IMG/VR virus record: IMGVR_UViG_3300040801_002923
Location: 32,001-96,000 of that record
Source: a virus
Strand: one strand, 5' to 3'
Length of the DNA stretch: 64,000 bases
Position numbers and translations under genes: made by a program. This document shows positions 9,619 through 19,104 of the stretch, piece after piece. Numbering within the stretch: position 1 is the first letter of the stretch; each line of letters starts with the position of its first letter. Below the pieces are notes generated by a model. The model had not been told where the DNA came from and did not search any database. It saw nothing but the letters and a program-made list of their open reading frames with translations.

Positions 9619-10548
9619 ATGGATGAACTGCTTCAAAAGCTGTTCGAAGCAAACGTTCTTTCTGAGGACACAAAGAAAGAACTGCAGGAAGCATTCGGTC
9701 AGCACCTATCTGAGGCTGTTGAAGCAGCGAAGGCAGAAGCCACAGCGGATGTTCGTGCCGAGCTGACTGAACAGTGGGTTAATGAACGCGATGCTCTACT
9801 TGAGGCTATTGACAACAAAGTTGGCGATGTCCTTGATGCAGAGATGAGCGAACTCAAGGAAGACATTGAAGGCTTCCGCGATCTCAAGGCTGAGTTCGCA
9901 GAGAAGGAAGTTGAGCTGAAGGCAGCTCTCGCAGAGGAAGTCAAGCAGGACCTAGCACAACTGGTCGAGCAACTTGACGCATTCCTTGAGATCCGCCTGA
10001 CAGCAGAGCTGGATGAGCTCATGGAAGACATCCAGGAAGTCAAGAAGAACGATCTCGGTCGCCGCATCTTCGACGCAGTTGTTGAGGAGTATCAGGCTGA
10101 GTTCGCTGATGACGAGTCCGTCGCCGGCTCACTTCGTGAGACAGAGGCCCGACTCGAAGATACAACAGCACAACTCGAGGAAGCGGTTGCACGTGTAGCC
10201 GAACTTGAGCGTGCACAAAAGCTTGACGAGGTTCTTGCACCACTATCTGGCCGTCAGCGCGAGGTAATGGAAGCAATCCTTAAGCACGTAGACACAGCAC
10301 ACCTCGAAGAGGGTTACAAAACCTTCATCGGTCGTGTTCTAAAAGAATCTGATGGAGCTGAATCAGAGAAGGAAGATTCAGTACTGGCTGAAAACGCTTC
10401 GGAAGATGGTAAAGAAGAGGTCCAGGGCAACCTGGTAACAGGTGACGACGAGACACGTCTCGACGAAGAAGCAAAAGCTGATCAGCAGGCAGGTAACACA
10501 CTGACTGAATCTCAGCGTGAGCGTCTAAAGCGCCTGGCAGGTATCTAA
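9619..10548 (+). CDS. gp22: prohead scaffold protein
   Basis: Acidic coiled coil between protease and capsid genes, LGRRIFDA motif, C-terminal LKRLAGI. AAGGAG SD. Confidence 0.88.
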   Translation: MDELLQKLFEANVLSEDTKKELQEAFGQHLSEAVEAAKAEATADVRAELTEQWVNERDALLEAIDNKVGDVLDAEMSELKEDIEGFRDLKAEFAEKEVELKAALAEEVKQDLAQLVEQLDAFLEIRLTAELDELMEDIQEVKKNDLGRRIFDAVVEEYQAEFADDESVAGSLRETEARLEDTTAQLEEAVARVAELERAQKLDEVLAPLSGRQREVMEAILKHVDTAHLEEGYKTFIGRVLKESDGAESEKEDSVLAENASEDGKEEVQGNLVTGDDETRLDEEAKADQQAGNTLTESQRERLKRLAGI

Positions 10549-10607
10549 GCCTTAGGTATCTAAGGACTACCATTTAACCATTCCATTATTCAAACAAGGA
10601 GAAAACA

Positions 10608-11996
10608 ATGGAAGAGATGTTTGAAAACTGGGGCGAAGCGAAAGAAGCACTGATGGAAGGCCTAACGCCTCGTCAGCGCAAGGTCGTAGCTCCTATTCTG
10701 GAGAACCAGAAAGAGTATTCGATGCTCGGTGAGACAGCTGCAGCTGGTGCTACACAGGCTCACGACATCGCAGGATTCCGTAAGATCCTGATCCCAATGA
10801 TCCGTCGTATCATTCCTGGTACAATCGCTATGGAGCTGGTTGGTGTTCAGCCAATGCAAGGTCCAGTCGCGCAGATCTACTCCCTCCGCTACCGTTACCG
10901 TGAGGCAATGACTCACAACGCTGCGAACTCGCCATTCGGTGGTTTCGACATCGCAGACGGTGACGAGGCATTCGGTAACCAGGAGAACGATCCAACGTCC
11001 AAGCCAATCCGTGCATTCTACTCCGGTGGTGTCGGTGGCCCACAGAACCCAGGCGCATCCGGTATCGGTGCAGGCTTCGACTCCACAACTGACATCGCTG
11101 CTGCTACTGCAGATGGTGAAGCATTCGGTTCCTCTCAGTCTGCTCTGTCTGGCTGCACAACAGGCGGTTCCGGTTCGCACATCGAAGGTTCCGGTGGTCG
11201 TAAGATGTCTCTTGACGTCGTCGCGCAGGTTGTTGAGTCCAAGACTCGTAAGCTGCAGGCAGGTTGGACAGTCGAAGCAATGCAAGACTTCCAGTCCCAG
11301 CACGGCATGGACATCGAAGGTGAGATGACTCAGGCTCTGTCCGCAGAGATCGTTCAGAACATCGACGCAGAGATCATCACAGACCTTCTGACACTTGCAG
11401 GTACGGTTCAGACCTTCGACGGTTCCTCCCCAGGTACCTACGGTGGTCCTACATACCAGCCAGCATATGTCGGTGATCGTCTTGCAAACCTCGGCGTAAT
11501 CATCAACTACGTTGCTAACGAGATCGCACGTCGTACTCGTCGCGGCCAGGGTAACTTCATCGTGGTGTCTCCACTGGTTGTTTCTGTTCTGCAGACAGCA
11601 GCTAAGTCGGTCTTCGCACCAGCTGTTGAAGGTTCCTTCCGTGGTCCTAACAACACAGCTCTCGTCGGTACACTCGGCGGCCAGATCAAGGTCTACAGCT
11701 ACCTGTGGAACACAGCTGGTTCCGGCATCGACATGGGTGTTGCAGCACCTGGTACGGATGACGTCATCCTCGTCGGCTACAAGGGCGGCAACGGTGAAAC
11801 GGATACGGGTTACTTCTACTGCCCATACATCCCACTGATGTCCTCTGGTGTGGTCATGGATCCACAGACGTTCCAGCCTGTCTTCTCTCTGATGACTCGC
11901 TACGGTAAGACGTTCTTCACAGACGTCAACACGTCTCTGGGCAACTCCGGTGACTACTACGGTAAGATCAACGTGACGGACCTGTCCTTCGCGTAA
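10608..11996 (+). CDS. gp23: major capsid protein
   Basis: LVGVQPMQGP, TRKLQAGWTVEAMQD, IARRTRRGQGNF, GYFYCPYIPL, FQPVFSLMTRYG. Confidence 0.98.
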   Translation: MEEMFENWGEAKEALMEGLTPRQRKVVAPILENQKEYSMLGETAAAGATQAHDIAGFRKILIPMIRRIIPGTIAMELVGVQPMQGPVAQIYSLRYRYREAMTHNAANSPFGGFDIADGDEAFGNQENDPTSKPIRAFYSGGVGGPQNPGASGIGAGFDSTTDIAAATADGEAFGSSQSALSGCTTGGSGSHIEGSGGRKMSLDVVAQVVESKTRKLQAGWTVEAMQDFQSQHGMDIEGEMTQALSAEIVQNIDAEIITDLLTLAGTVQTFDGSSPGTYGGPTYQPAYVGDRLANLGVIINYVANEIARRTRRGQGNFIVVSPLVVSVLQTAAKSVFAPAVEGSFRGPNNTALVGTLGGQIKVYSYLWNTAGSGIDMGVAAPGTDDVILVGYKGGNGETDTGYFYCPYIPLMSSGVVMDPQTFQPVFSLMTRYGKTFFTDVNTSLGNSGDYYGKINVTDLSFA

Positions 11997-12020
11997 TCGA
12001 AACCGAAGTCAGCAGTATCG

Positions 12021-12047
12021 AAAAACCCGGCCTAGGCCGGGTTTTTT
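12021..12047 (+). terminator. intrinsic terminator after the capsid gene
   Basis: AAAAACCCGGCC-TA-GGCCGGGTTTTTT. Confidence 0.9.
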
Positions 12048-12152
12048 GTTGCCTTACGAAAAGTGACCCAGTATTATAGTTAATTCCTTGCGTTTTAGTA
12101 CGGCCCAATAGTAAGACCGTATAAATATTCATAAACGTCAAGTAAGGAACCA

Positions 12153-12482
12153 ATGGAAAAGCTCACATTCAAACGGTATCTAGAGACTAAGGCAGAACTC
12201 GTTGAAGCACTTCAGCGTACGCCTGAACAGGAGATCAGCTATGTTGTGCGTAAGTACTGCAAACTGCCTCTTGGTGAGTCTAAAGATTCTCGCGAGTATG
12301 TTTCGCTGAAACCAAAGCAGCGCATTGTCGTTCGTTGGTTGTATGAAGACATTGAAAACCCAACCCCTTTGAGGGTTCGGTTCGAAGGTCTTGGTGAACA
12401 AGACGAGCATGTGTTCGAAACATTCTGGTCTGGTGAAAAACTTGATGGGTGGCTATCACGTAACGCAAGGGAGTTGATTTAA
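12153..12482 (+). CDS. hypothetical late protein, possible internal head protein
   Basis: TATAAATA at 12120, AAGGA SD, N-terminal LTFKRYLE. Confidence 0.7.
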   Translation: MEKLTFKRYLETKAELVEALQRTPEQEISYVVRKYCKLPLGESKDSREYVSLKPKQRIVVRWLYEDIENPTPLRVRFEGLGEQDEHVFETFWSGEKLDGWLSRNARELI

Positions 12483-12946
12483 TGTTTACCCTGATTAACG
12501 AAATTCAAGGGGATGTTGAGCATCAACGTCGCCTTCAAGAGAATATCTCTGTAATCTTCGACAACGAAGAGCAGGCAGCTCTGTTCGAACGCGCTGACAA
12601 GTATATTGGCAAAGCGATTGCAAGTCTCCGTGCTTCGAAGAACCCCGTCGAGCAGGGTACTGTAGATCCAGATATCCTTGCAGCGCTTGATGGTCTTGGG
12701 GATCCAGATCTTCAAGATGCTCTTGTTCCGAACGAACGCAAGCGAGCTCGGGCACTAAGTGTTCTCGATCGTAATGCACAGGTGCAAAAGGCTCTCAAGG
12801 ATATGGGTGCAACCCGCATGAAGAGCCGTGCTGCCGCAATTCGCAAACAAGCTGCAGAAAACCCAAAGGAGCTAGCGAGCCATCTCGAAAAGCTCCAGAT
12901 GCGTATGAGCCAGGCGCAGCAAGCTGCTGCGGGTAACCAGGAGTAA
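12482..12946 (+). CDS. hypothetical late protein
   Basis: TAATG coupling, GGAG SD. Confidence 0.7.
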   Translation: MFTLINEIQGDVEHQRRLQENISVIFDNEEQAALFERADKYIGKAIASLRASKNPVEQGTVDPDILAALDGLGDPDLQDALVPNERKRARALSVLDRNAQVQKALKDMGATRMKSRAAAIRKQAAENPKELASHLEKLQMRMSQAQQAAAGNQE

Positions 12947-12949
12947 CAC

Positions 12950-13564
12950 ATGATCACTTTCACCGAACATCTAATTCTCGAAAGCACGGCTTCCGACCCT
13001 AAGCAGCTGATTCGAAGCAATCTCAACAAGATCATGCGCCTCGACACAGGAGGTAAGCGCGATCTGGATGCTTTTGACTTGATCGAAGCTCTTGAGGTGC
13101 TCCGCAAGATGTTTGCTCAAGCGGTGAAAACTTCTCAAACAACCGTGGTAACTGATCGTGGTGATGAAGTGGATCTCAGCAACGGTCACCGTAAGGGCGA
13201 AGACAAGTTTGATATGGTCGCTGATGTTAAAGGTGCCGTTGAAAGCTATTTCATGGACGGCAAAACAGAAACTGAGAGCATGCTCAATCGTCGCAAATAT
13301 CGTGCTCTAGTTACACTGATCCTCAAACCTATCGCAAACTCTTTCCGTGGTATGTCGCACGAAGAGATCGCTGAAACCTACAACAACAGAATCGATCAGC
13401 TGATTGAATACATCAAAGACAGTAACATCGTCGCAAGCTCGTCAGAGGCTGATGTTGCCAAAGAAGCCATCGCTCGCTCGGTTCGACAAGCTACTCAAGT
13501 GCAGAAAGCAGCTGATGCAATCATGAAGCTGCGCAAGAAAGCCAAGAAGAAAAGAAGCAACTAA
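12950..13564 (+). CDS. hypothetical late protein, possible internal head protein
   Basis: AGGAG SD, N-terminal ITFTEHLILE, basic C-terminus. Confidence 0.7.
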   Translation: MITFTEHLILESTASDPKQLIRSNLNKIMRLDTGGKRDLDAFDLIEALEVLRKMFAQAVKTSQTTVVTDRGDEVDLSNGHRKGEDKFDMVADVKGAVESYFMDGKTETESMLNRRKYRALVTLILKPIANSFRGMSHEEIAETYNNRIDQLIEYIKDSNIVASSSEADVAKEAIARSVRQATQVQKAADAIMKLRKKAKKKRSN

Positions 13565-13624
13565 CCCTCCCGGGAGTACCTCACCTCTATAAATACCTCC
13601 ACATTCGTGTGGAGGTATTTAAGT

Positions 13625-16621
13625 ATGGGTGTTTTCGATCCCCATGGTGATTCGCCGGAACGCATTCTTCGTGAAGGCGAGACAATCAGTCTCAAGGTAG
13701 AACGACTAACCGAGTCGACGGCACGGGTTAGCTGGAATATCCCAACGCCTGCAGATGGCTGCAATTCCAGTAACCAAGCGTACAACGGCATGGTTGTTGT
13801 TCTAAACACCGTCGCTAACAAACCAACTGATCGTCCAGTCAACGGCATCCGATACACTGCAGATCCAACTGGCAACGCAGACCTCCACGCCGGCGACCGC
13901 GTTGGTGACGCCCTCATTGTTGGTGCGTTCTACAACGACAAGACAACCAACTCGTTCACGATTACCGATCTTGTTGACGGCGCAGCGTACTTTATCACAG
14001 GTCACGCCGTCGATGCGCAAAATCGGTACCACGGCAACGGTGCTAGTGGTTACTCACTCCCGTTGACTCTGAACGAAAAGCAGCCTGACACACAGGCGTT
14101 CCACGAAATCACTCTAAGTGCAAGTGGTGCTGATATCATCGGTAGCGATGCTACCGAGCTTGTGGTCGGCGAGATCTACAATTTCTTCATTGTCATTGAC
14201 GGCGCTAAGCACGAAATTCTAATCGATGGTGGCGTCGCGCAGACATACGACGAGCTGGTGGCTGAAATCGACCGCCAGCTGCAGCAGATCGGTGGACCAT
14301 TTACAGGTCCTCTAGCCCCAAACACTGGCGGATATTTCTACAATTCAACAACCAATCAGCTGTTCCAGTGGGATGGCACTCAGAACGTTGAACTACCTGT
14401 AATCAATCACCCCACGGATCCTTCAGCTGTTGCAGCTGGTGATTTTTGGCTAGACAGCGACTCGGGGCTGAATGAGCTAAATCTTCGAGATGCGACAAAC
14501 ACGACCTGGAATATCCAGACTCCGCAGATTGAGACAGGGTATGATGTAACTAATCCGCCGTGCGATGCCTATTGGTACAACGATGGCCCATGCTTGATGT
14601 GGAAGTGGAACGGGTCCACGTGGTGTTCCAAGTCACCGGTGTTTGTACAAGAAACTGATCCATCGATACCACCTTTGCTGTCCTGTGGAACATACTGGCT
14701 GGATCAGGACGGCCAGTTGTTTGTGTGGAGTACTGTAAACGGGTGCAGTCAGTGGGTACAAGTCGAAGCAATCTCATGGGATCAAGCTCCTACACTGATC
14801 GTAAACGGTACATACTGGTTCAATGACAGTACAAATGAGCTCAATCTTCGCATTGGTGGAGCATGGGTTGTACAAACTGATGTGTTTGTACAGGATGAAC
14901 AGCCAATCACTAATATTGTCGGTGCACAATGGTACGTGCCGACAACAGGTCAGCTATTTGTACTGAACAATCAGGACATCTGGGAAGAGCAGCCTGTCCT
15001 AATCTTCGGTACAGATCCAACCTCTGTTGAATCGTGCGATCTTTGGTTTAACACTGCCAACGATCAGCTGTACACGTGGGATGCTGTTAACGGTGAGTGG
15101 GACCTCGTTGCGCAATTCTTCGATCAGGAAGCAGATCCGTCGGAGGCATCAGTCCTGGACGTCGGTGCAATCTGGGTCGATTCTGTAAACGAAACATATT
15201 ACGAATGGGATGGTGGTCAGTTCGTACTGATTAGCCAAGATACTCTAGTGGTGTGGCCGTCGGACCCAACGCAAATTCCGATTGATACAATATGGCTCCA
15301 AACCACATCGGGTGCGTACTTCCTGTGGGACGGCACGATGTGGAATATCATCGATCAGATTGTTGCTCCAAACGATCCGGCACTACCACAGCCCGGTGAT
15401 TTTTGGTTCAACACCTCGACGCAAATTCTCAACCAGTGGAATGGTGTCGCATGGATTCCGGTTGCCTACAGTAGCACACCATTAGCTCCAGCTGTTGGTG
15501 ATGTGTGGTACAGCACGGTAGATCAAACGCTTCTTACATGGAACGGTTCAGAGTGGGTGCAAGCTGATCGACAGGTCACCATAGCACTCAATCAATCAGA
15601 ACCGGCAGCAAACATCTGCGAACCTGACAGCAACATTGTTTTCACTCGTACTGCAGCTGGCAGTGAGAGATCCGTACGGATCGGCCAACAAACCGCCACA
15701 GCGTTTGCAACCAACTTCCCGACAGTTCAGTACCAGTTCGAGGGCACTCTGTTTAACAGCCTTGGGGCAACAGCTTCCCTAAAGCCTCCTGTGTTGGGTG
15801 GCGACGGACTCGAGGCTACGCCGATGTACGAGCAATTGGGTGTCGGCACTGACGGTACTCCCGACGAGCGCCGAGAGTTGGCTGACAGTATTCGCCGCCA
15901 GCTTGGCTATCCAACAATTGAAATCGAGTTAGACACGCGTCAGCTGGACGAAGCAATTCAGAGCGCTATCGAAGAGTTGCGCCTTCGAAGTTCTTCGGCG
16001 GTTCGTCGTGTGTACTTCATGATGGATTTGCAACCAGGCAAGCAGCGTTATGTCATGACTAGCAAAGCAACTGGATTCAATACGATTGTCAGTATCATGG
16101 GGATCTGGCGCGTAACATCAGCTTTCCAAAGCACCGCCTATGCATCGGGAGTGTACGGCCAGACAGTACTCCAGCACCTGTACCACATGGGTACGTTTGA
16201 TTTGGTGAGCTACCACCTGATATCGCAGTACATCGAGGAGCTCGAGCAGCTATTCGCAACCCGCGTAACATACACGTTTGACGAGGCGCGCCGGCAGCTT
16301 GACATTTTCCAATCTGTGACTCGACAAGAACGAGTATTGCTCGATGCTGTTGTTGAGCGCACAGAACAAGAGCTTCTGACCAATCGTTATACGAAGAACT
16401 GGATCGAGCGCTGGGCTCTGGCACAGGCGCAGCTTACTCTCGCATCAATTCGAGGTAAGTTTGCAACTCTACCTGGCGCCGGTGGTGGTGTATCGCTGAA
16501 TGCGGCTGACCTGGAAAACCTCGCTCGCGAGAACATTCAATGGTGCCTCGATGACATCGACAACTTTGTTGTGAACGATATCGAAAACCTAGGCATCGGT
16601 TCGGAGTTGATCATTGGCTAA
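13625..16621 (+). CDS. gp13: neck protein gp13 with a long N-terminal repeat extension
   Basis: C-terminal ~250 aa (IRRQLGYPTIEIEL...RGKFATLPGAGGGVSLNA) is gp13-like. N-terminal region has Trp-rich repeats. GGAGG SD before ATG 13625. Confidence 0.8.
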   Translation: MGVFDPHGDSPERILREGETISLKVERLTESTARVSWNIPTPADGCNSSNQAYNGMVVVLNTVANKPTDRPVNGIRYTADPTGNADLHAGDRVGDALIVGAFYNDKTTNSFTITDLVDGAAYFITGHAVDAQNRYHGNGASGYSLPLTLNEKQPDTQAFHEITLSASGADIIGSDATELVVGEIYNFFIVIDGAKHEILIDGGVAQTYDELVAEIDRQLQQIGGPFTGPLAPNTGGYFYNSTTNQLFQWDGTQNVELPVINHPTDPSAVAAGDFWLDSDSGLNELNLRDATNTTWNIQTPQIETGYDVTNPPCDAYWYNDGPCLMWKWNGSTWCSKSPVFVQETDPSIPPLLSCGTYWLDQDGQLFVWSTVNGCSQWVQVEAISWDQAPTLIVNGTYWFNDSTNELNLRIGGAWVVQTDVFVQDEQPITNIVGAQWYVPTTGQLFVLNNQDIWEEQPVLIFGTDPTSVESCDLWFNTANDQLYTWDAVNGEWDLVAQFFDQEADPSEASVLDVGAIWVDSVNETYYEWDGGQFVLISQDTLVVWPSDPTQIPIDTIWLQTTSGAYFLWDGTMWNIIDQIVAPNDPALPQPGDFWFNTSTQILNQWNGVAWIPVAYSSTPLAPAVGDVWYSTVDQTLLTWNGSEWVQADRQVTIALNQSEPAANICEPDSNIVFTRTAAGSERSVRIGQQTATAFATNFPTVQYQFEGTLFNSLGATASLKPPVLGGDGLEATPMYEQLGVGTDGTPDERRELADSIRRQLGYPTIEIELDTRQLDEAIQSAIEELRLRSSSAVRRVYFMMDLQPGKQRYVMTSKATGFNTIVSIMGIWRVTSAFQSTAYASGVYGQTVLQHLYHMGTFDLVSYHLISQYIEELEQLFATRVTYTFDEARRQLDIFQSVTRQERVLLDAVVERTEQELLTNRYTKNWIERWALAQAQLTLASIRGKFATLPGAGGGVSLNAADLENLARENIQWCLDDIDNFVVNDIENLGIGSELIIG

Positions 16622-18242
16622 CGAAACAACAACAGCATCAACGGATACAACAGTTGCAACTGTACCGTCGGGTTGCATTCTCCTTGGCGACGGTACGATC
16701 AAGTGCCCCGACACAGCTGCATCGGAGGTATGTAAGCCGTGGAAGCTCCAAGAGTCGCGTGATGCATGTATTCAAGAGGATTACGCCAACGAGGCTCTTA
16801 ACATTGGTGGTGCCACGGCGAACGTATTCAAACTACTTGGTGTTCACGAACAAACCAAGCTAGTCGATCAGACAGGTCGCGGTGTCGCGATCTCCGGTGG
16901 CGATATGGGCCAATTCTCTGCCGCAAACGCATTTACGAGCGAATGCACGGTGTGGAGATCAAAGCAACGTGGAGCAAATGTAGTCAGTAAGGCGTACATC
17001 GGCTATGACTTTGGTCCAATTAAAATCACAACAGGTCGTCAGCGCCATGGCGATGCTCGCCCGGAGACCCAGGATGTTTAGACGATCCGCATCAAACAGT
17101 TATCCTCTGCAGCAAACCGTGCGACGCGGATTCGTGTTGAACGATCGCAGGACGGAGAGAGCTGGTTTGGAGTTGAAATTGTGGACCTTGATGATAACGA
17201 TTCGCTACAGACTGTCCACATTCGTCGATCCGTGCCATCACGATTCTGGCGCATTCGTCCTCTGGCGTTTAACGGAGGCGATGGGGACTTTTGGGGTGTT
17301 ACTGCATTAGAACTATCCGACTATGAAGCGACGCGCCTCGACAATATTCAAGATCGTTTGCTGCTAGAAAACCGCAATCGTGATTACAACACCAGTCCCA
17401 TTGTGGTTAAGGTATTCTACGATCTAATCGACGTGCAAACGGAACTGTCGCGATTTGGTATTGAGTTGCCTAGCCAGTCGTACTTCATGACAGCAGGCTT
17501 CAATTCAGTTGTTGAAGCCCTTGGCCGTCCTTTTGTGATTGGTGATATCATTGAGCTACCAAGTGAAACGCAATATTCGGCATCACTTGAACCTGTCAAG
17601 AAGTATCTTGAGGTAATCGACGTTGGTTGGAGCACGGAGGGGTATACGCCAGGGTGGCGCCCAACTCTTCTCAGAATTGTTGCTCAGCCTATGCTGGCAT
17701 CTCAGGAGACGCAGGATATCGTTGGCGACTTTGTGCGCCGGGTCGACGGTGATGGACTATTCAACATCGACGATGGCAACCATCCAATCTTTCAAGATTA
17801 CTCCGAATCGGCTCAGACGATTGATGCTATCTCACGCAACGAACACAACGTACCACAGCGCGGTGCTGATGCGAGTAACGAGCTTCGACAATTTAGTCAA
17901 GAAGAGCTCCAAAAAGCTGAGGATGCTGGCATTAACATTCAGAAGCTTTCATACAACCCGAACAGTGTGTACATCGAAGATGCGGTCCCACCAAATAACG
18001 AAGATTTCACCATGGGGGACACATTTCCGGAAAATCCTTCCGATGGTGATTATCACCGCCTAACTTTCAGCGGGGTTGAGGATCCACCTCCCGCGCAACT
18101 TTGGCGGTATTCAGCACAGAAGATGCGCTGGGGTTGGCTCGAGACAGATCGCCGTGCAGAGTTTGATGGTACGCGTAAAAAGCTCCAGGAGTTTATCACC
18201 CACCCGAATGCGGTTCCTGTAAACAAGAATCTTGAAGACTAA
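16614..18242 (+). CDS. gp14: neck protein gp14-like with an inserted discoidin-like domain; interrupted by an in-frame TAG at 17079-17081
   Basis: ORFs 16614-17081 and 17181-18242 are in the same frame with only one TAG between them. IQDRLLLENRNRDY, LSRFGI and LGRPFVIGDIIELP are gp14-like. Gene order is gp13-gp14-gp15. Confidence 0.75.
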
Positions 18243-18251
18243 ATAGTCTTC

Positions 18252-19028
18252 ATGACAAACGTTGCACAAGACCCAACATTCTTCTACGACGAGCAGATTC
18301 GCCGTAATGTACTGCAGTTCATGGCGATCTTCTCCAACATGTACGTTGAGTTCGGCGCCAAGGGCGATCGCGAACCTGGACTAGTTCCTGTATTCCTCAC
18401 ATACGGCCACCGCGATCGGGTTGTCGCTCATATCAAAAGTGACAACACTCAGAACAAACCTTTACGTTTGCCAGCTATGGCTGCAAATCTAACTTCAATC
18501 AGCATGGCACCTGATCGAGCTAAGGGGCAGCAGTCAACAAGACGAGATACGTATCTCAAGAATCAGGGTGTACTTCCTGATGATGTCAGAACGATATACC
18601 AGCGCATGCCTGTTCCGTATGATTTCAACTTTGAGTTGTCCATCTACACAACGAACTACGACGAGCACTGGCAAATACTAGAACAGATTCTAACGATTTT
18701 CGATCCCTCGCTTTCGATTCAGACCAGCACCGATACGTTCGACTGGACGAAGATCAAACAGGTTGATCTCGTTGGAATTGGTCCAGAGCAAAATTACCCA
18801 TCAGGACCAGAACGTCGAATTATCGTGACGACACTTGCGTTTGTTGTGAAAGGTTGGCTGTCGTTGCCTTCGAATGTTCGTGATAACGTTATCCGAAGTA
18901 TTCAACTTCGTGTTGGAATCGTTAGCGATCTTGATGCTCCATCATCCGATATCATAGCGGAAATCGATGCTGGTGGCTTTGACTACAACAGCCAATTCGA
19001 TTTCAGCGAAGACGTTGATTTGCAGTAA
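18252..19028 (+). CDS. gp15: tail terminator / sheath stabiliser
   Basis: FFYDEQIRR, RMPVPYDFNFELSIYT, QILEQILTIFDPS. Confidence 0.9.
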   Translation: MTNVAQDPTFFYDEQIRRNVLQFMAIFSNMYVEFGAKGDREPGLVPVFLTYGHRDRVVAHIKSDNTQNKPLRLPAMAANLTSISMAPDRAKGQQSTRRDTYLKNQGVLPDDVRTIYQRMPVPYDFNFELSIYTTNYDEHWQILEQILTIFDPSLSIQTSTDTFDWTKIKQVDLVGIGPEQNYPSGPERRIIVTTLAFVVKGWLSLPSNVRDNVIRSIQLRVGIVSDLDAPSSDIIAEIDAGGFDYNSQFDFSEDVDLQ

Positions 19029-19104
19029 GTTTTGTATGGTGGCATAAATACTCACGTTATACAGTCGCAGTATACAGTTTTGGAAGTAACCAGGAGAAAC
19101 AAAG

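Noticed and set aside
10540-10566. GGTATCTAAG direct repeat as an insertion target-site duplication
   Set aside because: Only a few nucleotides separate the copies; it is better explained as the CCTTAG-GTAT-CTAAGG hairpin in the capsid leader.
10662-11303. 213-aa antisense ORF over the capsid gene, and similar long shadow ORFs (8851-9312, 46836-47336, 59257-59766)
   Set aside because: Explained by codon bias of the sense gene; no protein-like motifs.
16614-18242. Frameshift or intron between the two gp14 ORFs
   Set aside because: Both ORFs are in the same frame and the intervening 99 nt read as continuous coding sequence.
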